64,000 bases of DNA from an uncultured Gammaproteobacteria bacterium (GTDB taxonomy: Bacteria > Patescibacteriota > Patescibacteriia > UBA2591 > UBA6264), in contig CAZQVF010000004.1 of NCBI GenBank assembly GCA_964596735.1, positions 229 through 64,228 of the forward strand, written 5' to 3'. Under the pieces are notes generated by a model, which saw only the letters and a list, made by a program, of their open reading frames with translations, did not search any database and was not told the origin of the DNA. How positions within the stretch are numbered: position 1 is the stretch's first letter; every line of letters starts with the position of its first letter. Made by a program: the position numbers and the translations under genes. Below, piece after piece: positions 1-10,564 of the stretch.

Positions 1-1
1 T

Positions 2-607
2 AAAAAACCATCATTTTTAAGAAGTTTTAAAAAATTAATTTATCTTTTAGTCACCTATCCTGCTTTTACTAAACCTTTTTACAACTTTGTTTCTCTTTTT
101 GATTACGTAGAAGAGAAAAAAATATTGAAAAAATTTACCCAATATTACCACGAAGAAAAAATTGATTTACCAAAAGACGCTTTTGAAATGATTTCTCCTT
201 TAGAGGCTCGGGTCGGTCTGGTTCAGCTTAAAAAATATTCTGAAATTAAAGAAAAAAGAAAAAAAATCGCTCAATTCTATAATGACAACTTAAAAGATAT
301 TCCTGAATTAACTCTGCCGCCCATTGTCAAGGGAGCTACTTATTCTCATTATGTCCCCCGGGTACAAAATCGAGAAAAAATAGTAAAAGAAATGAAAAAA
401 CAAGGGATTCAATTAGGAACATTGATTGAATATTCTATTCCCTACATGAAAGCCTATCAAAAATACAAAGATGAAGAGTTTAAAAATTCATTAAACTTTT
501 CACAAACAGTTATTAATTTGCCAATTTACCCTAGCTTAAGAAAGAAAAATTTAAGACAAATAACAAATAAAATTAAACAAATATATGAAAATCAAACAAA
601 CAATTAA
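2..607 (+). CDS. DegT/DnrJ/EryC1/StrS sugar aminotransferase, C-terminal part (5' truncated by window edge)
   Basis: Frame is open from base 2. C-terminal features typical of DegT (RKKIAQFY..L, INLPIYPSL). Confidence 0.75.
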   Translation, partial: KKPSFLRSFKKLIYLLVTYPAFTKPFYNFVSLFDYVEEKKILKKFTQYYHEEKIDLPKDAFEMISPLEARVGLVQLKKYSEIKEKRKKIAQFYNDNLKDIPELTLPPIVKGATYSHYVPRVQNREKIVKEMKKQGIQLGTLIEYSIPYMKAYQKYKDEEFKNSLNFSQTVINLPIYPSLRKKNLRQITNKIKQIYENQTNN

Positions 608-1697
608 AAAGATTGTTAAACGAAATAAATACCTCAAAGCTCTAGCTTTGACCTTAATTAGAACCTATACTCTTTTTCTAAAATATGAATCAAAGGGTTT
701 GTCTTTAAAAACCAAGCTTCATATTATGAAAAAATATTTTATCCAAGAAATTAAAGGATTGCCTAGGATTATTGCTTTTGAACCAATTTCTACCTGTCCA
801 TTAAATTGTGAATTTTGCATGTTAAGAGATCTAAGGACGTTTGAAAAAAGGAGAAAAGTTAGAATGTCATTTAAAGAATTTAAAAGAATTATTGATGACA
901 CTGCTTCTTTTTGCACAAATATTGAATTCAGCGGAGGAGAACCCATCCTTAATAATGATATCTTTAAAATGTTAAAATATTGCCATGAAAAAAATATTAC
1001 TACTGTCTTGGCCACTAATGCTCAATTATTAAATAAAGAAAAAATAAAACAACTTTTACAAAGTCCTCCTAATCATGTCCTTCTAGCCCTTGAATCACCT
1101 GATAGAAAAACATATGAAAAAATAAGACATTTAGGAAACTTTGAAAGACTAAATAAAAATATTCATGAATTAATCTCACAAAAAAAGAAAACCGGGCAAT
1201 TTTATCCTCTAATTACCCTGCAAATGGTTTTGACAAAGGTAAATCAATATCAGGAAAAATATTATCATCAGATTGTCTCAGATTTAGGAGCAGACTTCTC
1301 TTCAGTTAAAGCTTTTGGTATTTGGCCCGAGGGCAGTCCTGAGTATTTTGAAAAAATGGAAAAAGAATATATAGTTGATAAAAAAGACAACCCAATCTCA
1401 AGGCATTATCTTGATAACAAAGGCAAGGTGGTTTACAAAAAATTAAAAAAGGGTGATTGTCCATTAACACAAACTGCCTATATAGGAAGTGGTGGAGAAG
1501 TTTATCCGTGTTGGTATATTCTCGCCCAAAAATTTTCGCCAGGTAACGCTGTTGATAATAATTTTATCGATATTTGGAACAGTAAAACTTATAAAAATTT
1601 TAGAAAAAAAATGGTTGAAGGTGCTGCTTATCCTGGTTTATGTGAAAAATGTATCGGACTAGAATCAAGGGCCGTTGTTAAAAGGGTAAAAAAATGA
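585..1697 (+). CDS. Radical SAM protein with SPASM/twitch domain
   Basis: CxxxCxxC (CPLNCEFC), GGEP motif, C-terminal C..G.V.PC...CxxC. Confidence 0.9.
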   Translation: MKIKQTIKKIVKRNKYLKALALTLIRTYTLFLKYESKGLSLKTKLHIMKKYFIQEIKGLPRIIAFEPISTCPLNCEFCMLRDLRTFEKRRKVRMSFKEFKRIIDDTASFCTNIEFSGGEPILNNDIFKMLKYCHEKNITTVLATNAQLLNKEKIKQLLQSPPNHVLLALESPDRKTYEKIRHLGNFERLNKNIHELISQKKKTGQFYPLITLQMVLTKVNQYQEKYYHQIVSDLGADFSSVKAFGIWPEGSPEYFEKMEKEYIVDKKDNPISRHYLDNKGKVVYKKLKKGDCPLTQTAYIGSGGEVYPCWYILAQKFSPGNAVDNNFIDIWNSKTYKNFRKKMVEGAAYPGLCEKCIGLESRAVVKRVKK

Positions 1698-1701
1698 ACA
1701 T

Positions 1702-2541
1702 ATGAAAATTTTAATTATTTGTGGTAATGACATTTTTTCTGGAATTCTCGCATATAAATTGATTAGTCAAAATCATAAATCAATTGTTGGCATACTTTTA
1801 ACTAAAAAAATGATACACAAAAAGTCTCCTTTTGGTCTTTTTAAAAAAGTTGTAAAAACCTCGGGGTTAACCTATGCTTTTTATTTGGCGAATGAATTGA
1901 TTATTTACAAAATAATTGCATTTCTTCATTATATTTTAAATTTTAACAAAAATGATAATGCGTCTTTATGTTCCATTTCTAGGCTAGCCAAAAAATATAA
2001 TATAGAAATTTCTCAAACTAAGGACATAATGGCTGAACAGTCTTTGAAAAAAATTAAAACATTAAAACCAGATTTAATAATTAGTATTAGATTGGGACAA
2101 ATTATTAAAAAAAGATTATTACAGATCCCAGCCCTAGGGGCAATTAACTTTCACGCTTCTCTACTTCCTAAATATGCTGGTCTCGGATCAGTGTTTCAGG
2201 CTGTGTTTTATAATGAAAAATATAACGGAGTTACTGTTCATTTTATGAATGAAAAAATTGATCAGGGGAAAATCATAGTTCAAGAAAAAATAAAAATTAT
2301 TCCAAACGAATCAATTAGCCGTTTGTATCTAAGGTGTCATATTAAAGGAGCTGATTTAATAAATAAAGCCGTGAAATTAGTTGAATCAGACAACAAAGGG
2401 TTTATCCCTGACCTCAAAGAAAAAAGTTATTTTTCTTGGCCAGAAAAACAAAAAATTAAAAAATTTAAAAAATGTGGTGGAAAATTTTTAAAAATTTCAG
2501 ATATCTTTTATTTATTGTTTAATTTCAAATATGAAAAATAA
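1702..2541 (+). CDS. Sugar N-formyltransferase (Fmt/PurN fold)
   Basis: INFHASLLPKYAG and HFMNEKIDQG motifs, in a glycan locus. Confidence 0.85.
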   Translation: MKILIICGNDIFSGILAYKLISQNHKSIVGILLTKKMIHKKSPFGLFKKVVKTSGLTYAFYLANELIIYKIIAFLHYILNFNKNDNASLCSISRLAKKYNIEISQTKDIMAEQSLKKIKTLKPDLIISIRLGQIIKKRLLQIPALGAINFHASLLPKYAGLGSVFQAVFYNEKYNGVTVHFMNEKIDQGKIIVQEKIKIIPNESISRLYLRCHIKGADLINKAVKLVESDNKGFIPDLKEKSYFSWPEKQKIKKFKKCGGKFLKISDIFYLLFNFKYEK

Positions 2542-3187
2542 TACTAATATTGAAGAAGAAGCGTTTATTAAAACAGACCAATATATTTATAAAAATCCAA
2601 TTACTCGATTTATTACAAATCTGGGGCACAAGACTTGTACAAAGTTGAGAAAAAATAAAAATTGCCCTGTTTTAGATTTGGGGTGTGGCGCTGGAGATCA
2701 TTTTCCTTATATTCAGAACCAACAAATCATTGGACTTGATATTTCACAAAAATTATTATCTCAAGCTCAAAAAAAATATCCCCATGCTCAACTGATTAAT
2801 GGAAACATTTTTAATCCTCCATTCAAAAAAGAATCTATAAAATCAATTATTTCTTTTGCTGTTTTGGAACATCTTTCCCCCTTGGAAAAGGCCTTGGAAC
2901 AAATTAACCATGTTTTGTCAAAAGACGGCGAATTTATTTTTGCTATTCCTACAGAGGGATTTTTGTATCGCTTGGGACGCAAACTCACAACCCAAAGATA
3001 TATTGAAAAAACAACCGGGATTGATTATGAAAAACTGTTAAAAAAAGAACACGTTAATCAGTGTGTTGATGTTTTAAAATGTGTGAAAAGGTATTTTTAT
3101 TTAAAACAATTAAGAGGTGTTCCTTTTTTTATTCCTAATATAAATTTAAATTTTGTAATAGTAGGACGATGTCTAAAAAAGAAATAA
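2531..3187 (+). CDS. Class I SAM-dependent methyltransferase
   Basis: VLDLGCGAG, GLDIS, VLEHL motifs. Confidence 0.88.
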   Translation: MKNNTNIEEEAFIKTDQYIYKNPITRFITNLGHKTCTKLRKNKNCPVLDLGCGAGDHFPYIQNQQIIGLDISQKLLSQAQKKYPHAQLINGNIFNPPFKKESIKSIISFAVLEHLSPLEKALEQINHVLSKDGEFIFAIPTEGFLYRLGRKLTTQRYIEKTTGIDYEKLLKKEHVNQCVDVLKCVKRYFYLKQLRGVPFFIPNINLNFVIVGRCLKKK

Positions 3188-4005
3188 AGAAAGACGGAGA
3201 AAAATTTTGGGATTCAAATCCTTGTGGCGGATCCTGGATAACATTTAAAAAAAGGCTGGATTGGTATATAAAAACAGAGCCATACATTTTAGAATATATT
3301 AATAATGATCTGCTAAAAAATAAAAGGGTACTAGATGATGGATGCGGACAGGGATTAATTCTGTCCTTAATTGCTCAAAAATGTCGAAAGGTTGTTGGGG
3401 TAGATATTAGCAAAGAGTCCTTAATTAGAGCAAAACAAGGGATTAAAGAGCTGGGCTTACAAAATGTAGAGCTAATACAGGGTGATGCTGAAAATTTGCC
3501 TCTAAAAGACGAGACTTTTGATGTTGTTTATTCTATTGGAGTTCTTCATCACACTCCAGATACTCAAAAAGGAATTGACGAAATTTATCGCGTATTGAAA
3601 AATGACGGACAAGCAATTGTTATGCTTTATCATAAATTTAACCCAAAATGGCTAGCCGTTATTATTTTACGGAAAATATCAAAAATCACTGACATAATAA
3701 ACAGACAAAATTATTTTATAAGCAATAAAATAAAAAAATCAGCCAATAAAAAAAATGAACAGGGAACTGCTTTATTAGAACTTTTTGGTTGCCCGGTTTT
3801 AAAAATGTATTCCTCCCGCCAAGCTAAAAAATTCTTTAATAAGTTCAATTATATCAAAATCAAATATCATCAATCAGGATTTGAAAGATTATCAGATTTT
3901 CTGCCCAAATCCTGTCAGAGGTTGTTCCGCCCTCTGTTGAAATTAATTGATAAAATTACAAAAAATATCTTTGGTTTTTATATGGTTATTGAAGCACATA
4001 AATAA
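3169..4005 (+). CDS. Class I SAM-dependent methyltransferase
   Basis: VLDDGCGQG, GDAENLP, FDVVYSIGVLHH. Confidence 0.9.
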   Translation: MSKKEIKKDGEKFWDSNPCGGSWITFKKRLDWYIKTEPYILEYINNDLLKNKRVLDDGCGQGLILSLIAQKCRKVVGVDISKESLIRAKQGIKELGLQNVELIQGDAENLPLKDETFDVVYSIGVLHHTPDTQKGIDEIYRVLKNDGQAIVMLYHKFNPKWLAVIILRKISKITDIINRQNYFISNKIKKSANKKNEQGTALLELFGCPVLKMYSSRQAKKFFNKFNYIKIKYHQSGFERLSDFLPKSCQRLFRPLLKLIDKITKNIFGFYMVIEAHK

Positions 4006-4012
4006 AATTAAA

Positions 4013-5818
4013 ATGTTTAAACAGAGAATAAAAAGATATTTTAACAATTTGTCATGGCAGGAAAAAATAAAAACTATTTTTTCTCAACCTTTTCTTATCT
4101 TAGCGTTGCCAAAAACTTATTACCGATTGTATAAAAATATCTTGAGACCAAAGAATAAACAACTTGAATTTACTACTGGATTTTCAAAAACTACCGCGCT
4201 TATTTTGACTTGGTATTTACGGGTGAATGAATGTATTGAAAAATACGGTAGAAATGGATATGTATATGAAGACGGACTTGGGTTTTCTTTAAAAGAAAGA
4301 TTTTGGCTTAATCCCCTTGCTTTAAAAATTTACGGAAAATTAAAAATTCGCAATTTTATAATCATAACCACCGTTTTATTTATACTAAGTATTGCTATTA
4401 TTGCCTATTTTCAGTCTACCTCCTTGATATTTGCTATTATATTGACAATTTCAATTATCGGAAGCTCTTTATTTCTAATTTCATTTTTCAGATTCTCAAA
4501 GCCTGAAATATTAAGCTGGGCATTATTTCCATTTGCTTTTTATGCCTTCTTTACTGAGTCATATATTATTGCTGGTATAATTGCCATTTTAATCTCTTTT
4601 TTAAATTTTACAGTTACTTTATTAATTTTAGAAACTATTATACTTTATTCTTTTTTGTCAAAAAATTTATTTAATGGTTTTTTAATTTCTATTATTCCAA
4701 TATTAAAACTCTTGAACGACTTGTTGCCCCTTTTAAAAAGTTCACTAGTTAATAAATTATTTGAAGTCTTGGGCGGAAGAAAGGCAAAATCTAGAAAAGA
4801 TAAACTTTTAAAACTGCGATTAGAAGATGTATATTTGGAATTCTTTTATATTATTTTTATCTCTATTTTTATAATCCAGAAAGCGCCATTAGTCTATACT
4901 GTTCTTTTAATTAATCCTTTAATATTGTTTATTATTAATCAAAAAATATTCAGATATGGAGATAATAATACATTTTTTCGATTTTTCTTTACCATCGCAA
5001 CGATATGCATAATTTTACATCCAACTGTTTTATCTTTTATTTTTTACCTACTATTTATTTATCTATCCCCTCTTTCCTTGCTTGATGTTTCAGAAAAAAA
5101 TCTCTCTAATTTTCCTTATTTAAAACCGTATTCTTTGGAAAAAATAAACAAATTGGTTGAAAAATTTTTTAATCAAATCCCAAACCAATCTAGAATTGCC
5201 TTTGAACGAAATGACACCGAAAAGTCAATGTCCGGATTTAGAACAATTCTTTATTACCTAGAATATATACTCTTTAAAAGAGGAATTGAATTTCTGCCAA
5301 TGGAATGGTTACGCTTTACTCAGCTAGACTATTTTATGCAAGAATATATCAAAATCAACAATCAGAGTAATAAAAAAACAATTGAAGAAAAATTTCATGA
5401 ATTGGGCGTTCAATATATTATAGCTCACTCCCCTTCTTTTATAGAAAATCTTAAAAACTGGGGCTATAAAGAGATTAATACTCTAAATTATAAAGATATT
5501 AAAAAATACTTTTGGGGCCTCAAGGGTCTCCCTGAAAAAAATCTAGTTTTATTTTTATTACCCTTTGATGTTTTTTTAACTCATCCTCATTCAATTTTAA
5601 TAAGAAAGCCTAATCAAATGAAATTTGAAGCTCAGGCAAAAACAGAATACATTGTTAAATATACTTATCACCCAGATTGGCAAGCGTCTCAAAACGGTAA
5701 AAAAATACCCGTCTATGAATCTAAAGAAAAACTTTCATATCTTGCCTTAAAAACAGAAGACAAAGGAATGGTAGAGCTACAATTCAAAACCAATAAAGAC
5801 CGTACACCTTATGTATGA
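4013..5818 (+). CDS. Polytopic membrane protein (copy 1), possibly GT-C/YfhO-like glycan transferase
   Basis: Many hydrophobic segments and a soluble C-terminus with KYTYHPDWQASQNG (YfhO-like). ATG 4013 preferred over 3947. Paralog of 7293..9092. Confidence 0.6.
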   Translation: MFKQRIKRYFNNLSWQEKIKTIFSQPFLILALPKTYYRLYKNILRPKNKQLEFTTGFSKTTALILTWYLRVNECIEKYGRNGYVYEDGLGFSLKERFWLNPLALKIYGKLKIRNFIIITTVLFILSIAIIAYFQSTSLIFAIILTISIIGSSLFLISFFRFSKPEILSWALFPFAFYAFFTESYIIAGIIAILISFLNFTVTLLILETIILYSFLSKNLFNGFLISIIPILKLLNDLLPLLKSSLVNKLFEVLGGRKAKSRKDKLLKLRLEDVYLEFFYIIFISIFIIQKAPLVYTVLLINPLILFIINQKIFRYGDNNTFFRFFFTIATICIILHPTVLSFIFYLLFIYLSPLSLLDVSEKNLSNFPYLKPYSLEKINKLVEKFFNQIPNQSRIAFERNDTEKSMSGFRTILYYLEYILFKRGIEFLPMEWLRFTQLDYFMQEYIKINNQSNKKTIEEKFHELGVQYIIAHSPSFIENLKNWGYKEINTLNYKDIKKYFWGLKGLPEKNLVLFLLPFDVFLTHPHSILIRKPNQMKFEAQAKTEYIVKYTYHPDWQASQNGKKIPVYESKEKLSYLALKTEDKGMVELQFKTNKDRTPYV

Positions 5819-7280
5819 AAAATTTAAACAATTAGGTAAAGACTCTACTTTATACGGATTAGGTAGCCTAGTTGGCAAAATAGTAGGTTTCTTGTTAATT
5901 CCTATTTATACCAGAATTTTTTCTCCATCTGATTATGGGATCATTGAAATGATTGGGGTTACCTGCTCAATTATCGGCATTATTCTTTCACTTGGATTAG
6001 ATTCTGCAATGTTTATGTGTTATTATCGTACCGATGATCAAAAAGAACGTCGTCTAATAACTTCTGTTAATTTCTTTTACCAGCTCTCCGCTATTATTGT
6101 TACCTGTATTTTAATAATTTTATTCAGTTCACAAATTTCGTTATTTCTTTTTAAAAATATTGTTTATTCAAAATATATTACTGTTGCTTTCTTGGGAATT
6201 CCTTTTGTTACTCTGATATCATTTTGTACCAACATTCTTAGACTAAATTTTCAGCCAATAAAATTTATCTATATCACTCTGGGAAACTTAATTATTAGTA
6301 CTTGCCTGAGTATATATTTCGTAGTGATCGCTCGTATCGGTATTATTGGTATTTACTATGCAATTTTAATCTCCGCAGTTATTCTTTCTATAATCTCTCT
6401 TTATTTAATACGTCAATATATTAGCCCTGTTTTTTCCTTTAAAAAGTTTAAAGAATTATTAAAAATAGGAATTCCTTTAGCTCCAGTCGCTGCTTTTATT
6501 TGGATTATGGACTTTTCAGATAGATACTTTTTGACCCATTTTACTAACCTTCATGAAATTGGTCTATATTCCATCGCTAATAAATTAGCCTTGGCCTTAG
6601 CCTTAGTCATTTTGGCTTTTCGTACTGCTAACGCTCCATTTCAATTTTCTGTTCAGAAAGACAAAGAAGCAAAAAAAATCTACGCTAAAACTTTAACCTA
6701 CTATATTATTGTTACCTTTTTTGTTGCTACTGGTCTTTCTATTTTTGCTAAAGAAGCTCTTATCATTCTTGCTCCTCCAATCTATCTTGCCGCCTACAGA
6801 GTAACCGGCCTACTTGCTTTTAGTATTGTTATCTATGGTCTTTATCATTTAATAGGAATTGGTCTAATTTTAAGTGATAAAAGAAAATATTTTACTATTT
6901 CCATAGGGATTGCCTGTATTTTAAACCTCTTCTTTAATAATGCCTTTATCCCTCTTTGGGGAATTATGGGCGCAGCTCTAGCCACACTTTTGTCTTATTC
7001 CATTGGTGCCATTCTTACTTATTATTATTCTCAAAAATATTATTTTATAGGATTTGAAATAAAAAAAATACTAAAGGTTACCTTGGTAACCCTTATTCTA
7101 ACTTTTGTTGGAACATTAATTATTTTCCCTTCATTACTTTTGAGTATAGTATTTAAAATTCTTCTCATGTTCTGTCTTTCAACTTTTCTCTATTCTCTTT
7201 TAGAACCAAAGGAAATACAAAAAATTAAATCAATTTTAAAAAACATTTTATATAAATATCTCCCTAATAATATGCGTTAA
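5811..7280 (+). CDS. wzx: Wzx-type polysaccharide flippase (copy 1)
   Basis: LIPIYTRIFSPSDYG and DRYFL..IGLYSIA motifs, many TM segments. Confidence 0.88.
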   Translation: MYEKFKQLGKDSTLYGLGSLVGKIVGFLLIPIYTRIFSPSDYGIIEMIGVTCSIIGIILSLGLDSAMFMCYYRTDDQKERRLITSVNFFYQLSAIIVTCILIILFSSQISLFLFKNIVYSKYITVAFLGIPFVTLISFCTNILRLNFQPIKFIYITLGNLIISTCLSIYFVVIARIGIIGIYYAILISAVILSIISLYLIRQYISPVFSFKKFKELLKIGIPLAPVAAFIWIMDFSDRYFLTHFTNLHEIGLYSIANKLALALALVILAFRTANAPFQFSVQKDKEAKKIYAKTLTYYIIVTFFVATGLSIFAKEALIILAPPIYLAAYRVTGLLAFSIVIYGLYHLIGIGLILSDKRKYFTISIGIACILNLFFNNAFIPLWGIMGAALATLLSYSIGAILTYYYSQKYYFIGFEIKKILKVTLVTLILTFVGTLIIFPSLLLSIVFKILLMFCLSTFLYSLLEPKEIQKIKSILKNILYKYLPNNMR

Positions 7281-7292
7281 TAACTAATTTCT

Positions 7293-9092
7293 GTGAGGTT
7301 AATAAAAAAATTCAAGAAATTTTATAACATGTTCTCTTTAGAGAATAAATTAGCCACTTTTTTTTCTATTCCTTTTTTAATTTTTATTCTTCCCAGAACT
7401 TATTGGAGGCTTTTTAAAAATGTGACTATACCAAGTAAAGAAGATCATTATATAACTGGTTTTTCCTCCCATATGGCCCTTATTCTTACTTGGTATCTCA
7501 GAATCGCTGATTGCGTTAAAAAATACGGCAGACACGGATATATTTATGAAGACGGCCTGGGTTCTTCTTTAAAAGAACGATTTTGGTCGAATTCATTTTC
7601 CTTAAAAATATATAATACTCTAAAGATTAAAAAATTCACTATTTTAACTGTTGTAATTCTCCTTTTTAATATTATTTTAATTGGTTTTCTACAAAATTCA
7701 CCCTGGCCTTTAATAATCGTCCTTATTTTGCTGATTATTGGTAGTCCTCTCTTTTTAATTTCTTTTTTCAGACTATCAAAACCAGAAATTTTAAGCTGGG
7801 CTTTTTTCCCTTTAGTTATATATTTCTTTTTAAACGGCTATTATTTAGTTTCAGGATTATTTTTGATCTTTATTGCTTTTTTAAATTTTACGACCACCCT
7901 TTTAACTATTGAAACTATTTTACTATGCTCTTTGGTTTCTAATTCTTTCATTAACGGAATTCTTATTTCAATCATCCCGCTAGTAATACTGGCAATCGAC
8001 TTTATTCCCTTTCTAAGGGGCTCTATTATAAATGGTGTGTTAGAAGCACTAGGAGGAAGAAGGGCAAAATCCCGCACTGACGAGTTTCTAAGAATCCGGC
8101 TTAATGACTTGTATTTGATTTTCTTTTATCTTATCTTTATTGTTACCTTTGTTATTAAAGATGCCTCTTTTATTCACGTGGTTCTTTTGATAAATCCTTT
8201 AATTTTATTTATCATTGACCGGAATATCTTTAGATTTGCTGATAATAACACGTTCTTTAGGTTCTTTTTTGCCCTGAGCACGGTTTTTGTTTTAATGAAT
8301 CCACACTTTTTAGTATTTCTTGCTTATATTATCTTTTTATACATGTCCCCTTTAAGCATGCTTGAAGTTTTTGAAAGTATTCCCAAAGAATATCCTCATC
8401 TTAAACCCCATTCTATTAAAAAATCAAAAGAATTTTTGGAAAAAACCTTCTCTCCGATTTCCAATCAATCAAGGATTGTATTTGAAATTAAGGACACTGA
8501 AAAATCTTTATCAGGATTTTCCACCCTTCTTTATTATTTTGAATATATTTTTATTAAAAGAGGTATTGAACTTTTGCCAATGGAATGGTTAAGAATGAAC
8601 CAAACTGACTATTTAATTAATGAATACGTAAAGATAAATAAAGAAAGCGATCAAGAAACAATTGAAGAAAAATTAAAAGAGCTTGGAGCACAATATTTAA
8701 TTGCTCATTCTAGTGAATTTATTAATAAATTGAAACAATGGGGATATCAAAATGTTATTATTATTCGTTGGCAAGACATTAAAAAAACTTTATGGGATTT
8801 CAAGGGAGTACTGATCCCGGAAAAAGATTTATTTATTTTTAAAGTACCTTTTTCCACCAGTTTTATTGAGCCAGAAACCAATTTAACACGTAAACCCAAT
8901 CAAATGGAATTTAACGCCCAAGCCAACAAAGAATATATTATCAAATATAATTACCATCCTTCTTGGCAAGTTTGGCAGAACAATAAAGAAATTCCTGTTT
9001 ACAAAGCAAAAGGAAATCTTTCCTATCTGGCATTATCTCCTAAAGAAAGTGGTCAGATGGTCCTAAAATTTAATACTCATTGGTATAAATAA
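7293..9092 (+). CDS. Polytopic membrane protein (copy 2), possibly GT-C/YfhO-like
   Basis: Shares blocks with 4013..5818: LILTWYLR, YEDGLG.SLKERFW, SKPEILSWA, DNNTFFRFFF, LPMEWLR, RKPNQM.F.AQA. Confidence 0.6.
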   Translation: MRLIKKFKKFYNMFSLENKLATFFSIPFLIFILPRTYWRLFKNVTIPSKEDHYITGFSSHMALILTWYLRIADCVKKYGRHGYIYEDGLGSSLKERFWSNSFSLKIYNTLKIKKFTILTVVILLFNIILIGFLQNSPWPLIIVLILLIIGSPLFLISFFRLSKPEILSWAFFPLVIYFFLNGYYLVSGLFLIFIAFLNFTTTLLTIETILLCSLVSNSFINGILISIIPLVILAIDFIPFLRGSIINGVLEALGGRRAKSRTDEFLRIRLNDLYLIFFYLIFIVTFVIKDASFIHVVLLINPLILFIIDRNIFRFADNNTFFRFFFALSTVFVLMNPHFLVFLAYIIFLYMSPLSMLEVFESIPKEYPHLKPHSIKKSKEFLEKTFSPISNQSRIVFEIKDTEKSLSGFSTLLYYFEYIFIKRGIELLPMEWLRMNQTDYLINEYVKINKESDQETIEEKLKELGAQYLIAHSSEFINKLKQWGYQNVIIIRWQDIKKTLWDFKGVLIPEKDLFIFKVPFSTSFIEPETNLTRKPNQMEFNAQANKEYIIKYNYHPSWQVWQNNKEIPVYKAKGNLSYLALSPKESGQMVLKFNTHWYK

Positions 9093-10564
9093 TGTATCAA
9101 AAATTTAAACAATTAATTCAACACTCTTTTATTTACATGGTTGGGACAATCTTGACTGGAATAGTTAGCTTTGTTCTCATTCCTATTTATACTCGCGTAT
9201 TCTCTACTACTGACTATGGCATTTTAGATGTTGTTTTAATTACAGCTAAGGTGGTTATTAGCTTAAGTGTGTTGGGCCTGTATGCTGGCCTAAGCATGTT
9301 TTATTTTCACGAAAAGAACGAAGAAGAAAAAAAGACCATGGTTTCTTCAAATTTTATCTTTCTTTTATCTGTTACTGTTATTCTTTGCCTGATTACTATT
9401 TTCTTTAGCAAGGAGATTGCTAACATTTTTCTTAAAAATAGTGCATATGGTATTTATTTAATTCTGGCCGTTGCCACTGTACCATTTACAACAATCATTT
9501 CCTTTTGTTCAACTCTTTATCGACTTTCTTTTCAGCCAGTCAAATATTTCTATATTATTTTAGGAAACTTACTTTTTGGAACAGTTTTAAGTATTTATTT
9601 GGTGGTATTTAAAGAAATGGGGCTCTTTGGTGTTTTATATGGATCTCTTATCTCAAGTATAATCTTTTCTTTCTGGGGTCTTTATTTAACTAAAAATCAA
9701 TTTAATTGGAACTTCTCTTTACAAAAAATTAAAGATTTACTTAAATTTGGTTTACCTTTAGCCCCAACCGGATTAATGGTTTGGGTAATTGATTCGTCTA
9801 ATCGTTATTTCTTATCTTATTTTAGAAACGTCAGTGATGTTGGGCTTTATTCTGTCGGATTTAAATTTGCGGCAATTCTTCTTCTTGTCACTAGTGCTTT
9901 CCGTTTAGCTAATGCACCTTTTCAATATTCTATTTCTAGAGAAAACCGGGTCAAAGAAATCTATGCCAAAACCCTAACCTATTATATGTTTGCTACTCTT
10001 TTTCTTGCAGTAGGTATTTCTATTTTTAGCAAAGAATTAGTTAGTCTCTTTACCCCTTTAGAATATTTAAACGGCTATCAAGTTATTGCTCCTTTGGCGT
10101 TTAGTTTTTTGGTTTTTGGAATTTACCAGATCGCCGGTATTGGTTTAATGCTCTGCAAAAAAACATATTATGTTACCTATAGCCTTGGGATTGCTTCTTT
10201 GGCTAGCGTTTTATTAAATTTCTTTTTAATCCCCTATTTTGGCATTGTCGGCGCTGCTTTTGCTAATCTTTTGGCTTATTTAATTGGACTTAGTTTAATT
10301 CATTTTTGGAATCAAAAATACTACCACATAGACTTTGAAATAAAAAGAATTGTTAAAATTTTACTTTTTTCTGTTGGTTTAATTTTGTTTGGCTTATTTT
10401 TAATACCTCCTTCAACCCTTTTTGGTCTCTTAATAAAATTTGTTTTAATTCTTTTCTTCGCCTTGGGTGTATATTTCAGCTTAGAATTATCAGAAAAAGA
10501 CAGATTAAAACTATTAATCAATGACATATCACATAAATTATCTTTTAAAAAATCAAATGACTAA
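9092..10564 (+). CDS. wzx: Wzx-type polysaccharide flippase (copy 2)
   Basis: LIPIYTRVFSTTDYG. Shares AFR.ANAPFQ.S and IYAKTLTYY with copy 1. Confidence 0.88.
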   Translation: MYQKFKQLIQHSFIYMVGTILTGIVSFVLIPIYTRVFSTTDYGILDVVLITAKVVISLSVLGLYAGLSMFYFHEKNEEEKKTMVSSNFIFLLSVTVILCLITIFFSKEIANIFLKNSAYGIYLILAVATVPFTTIISFCSTLYRLSFQPVKYFYIILGNLLFGTVLSIYLVVFKEMGLFGVLYGSLISSIIFSFWGLYLTKNQFNWNFSLQKIKDLLKFGLPLAPTGLMVWVIDSSNRYFLSYFRNVSDVGLYSVGFKFAAILLLVTSAFRLANAPFQYSISRENRVKEIYAKTLTYYMFATLFLAVGISIFSKELVSLFTPLEYLNGYQVIAPLAFSFLVFGIYQIAGIGLMLCKKTYYVTYSLGIASLASVLLNFFLIPYFGIVGAAFANLLAYLIGLSLIHFWNQKYYHIDFEIKRIVKILLFSVGLILFGLFLIPPSTLFGLLIKFVLILFFALGVYFSLELSEKDRLKLLINDISHKLSFKKSND

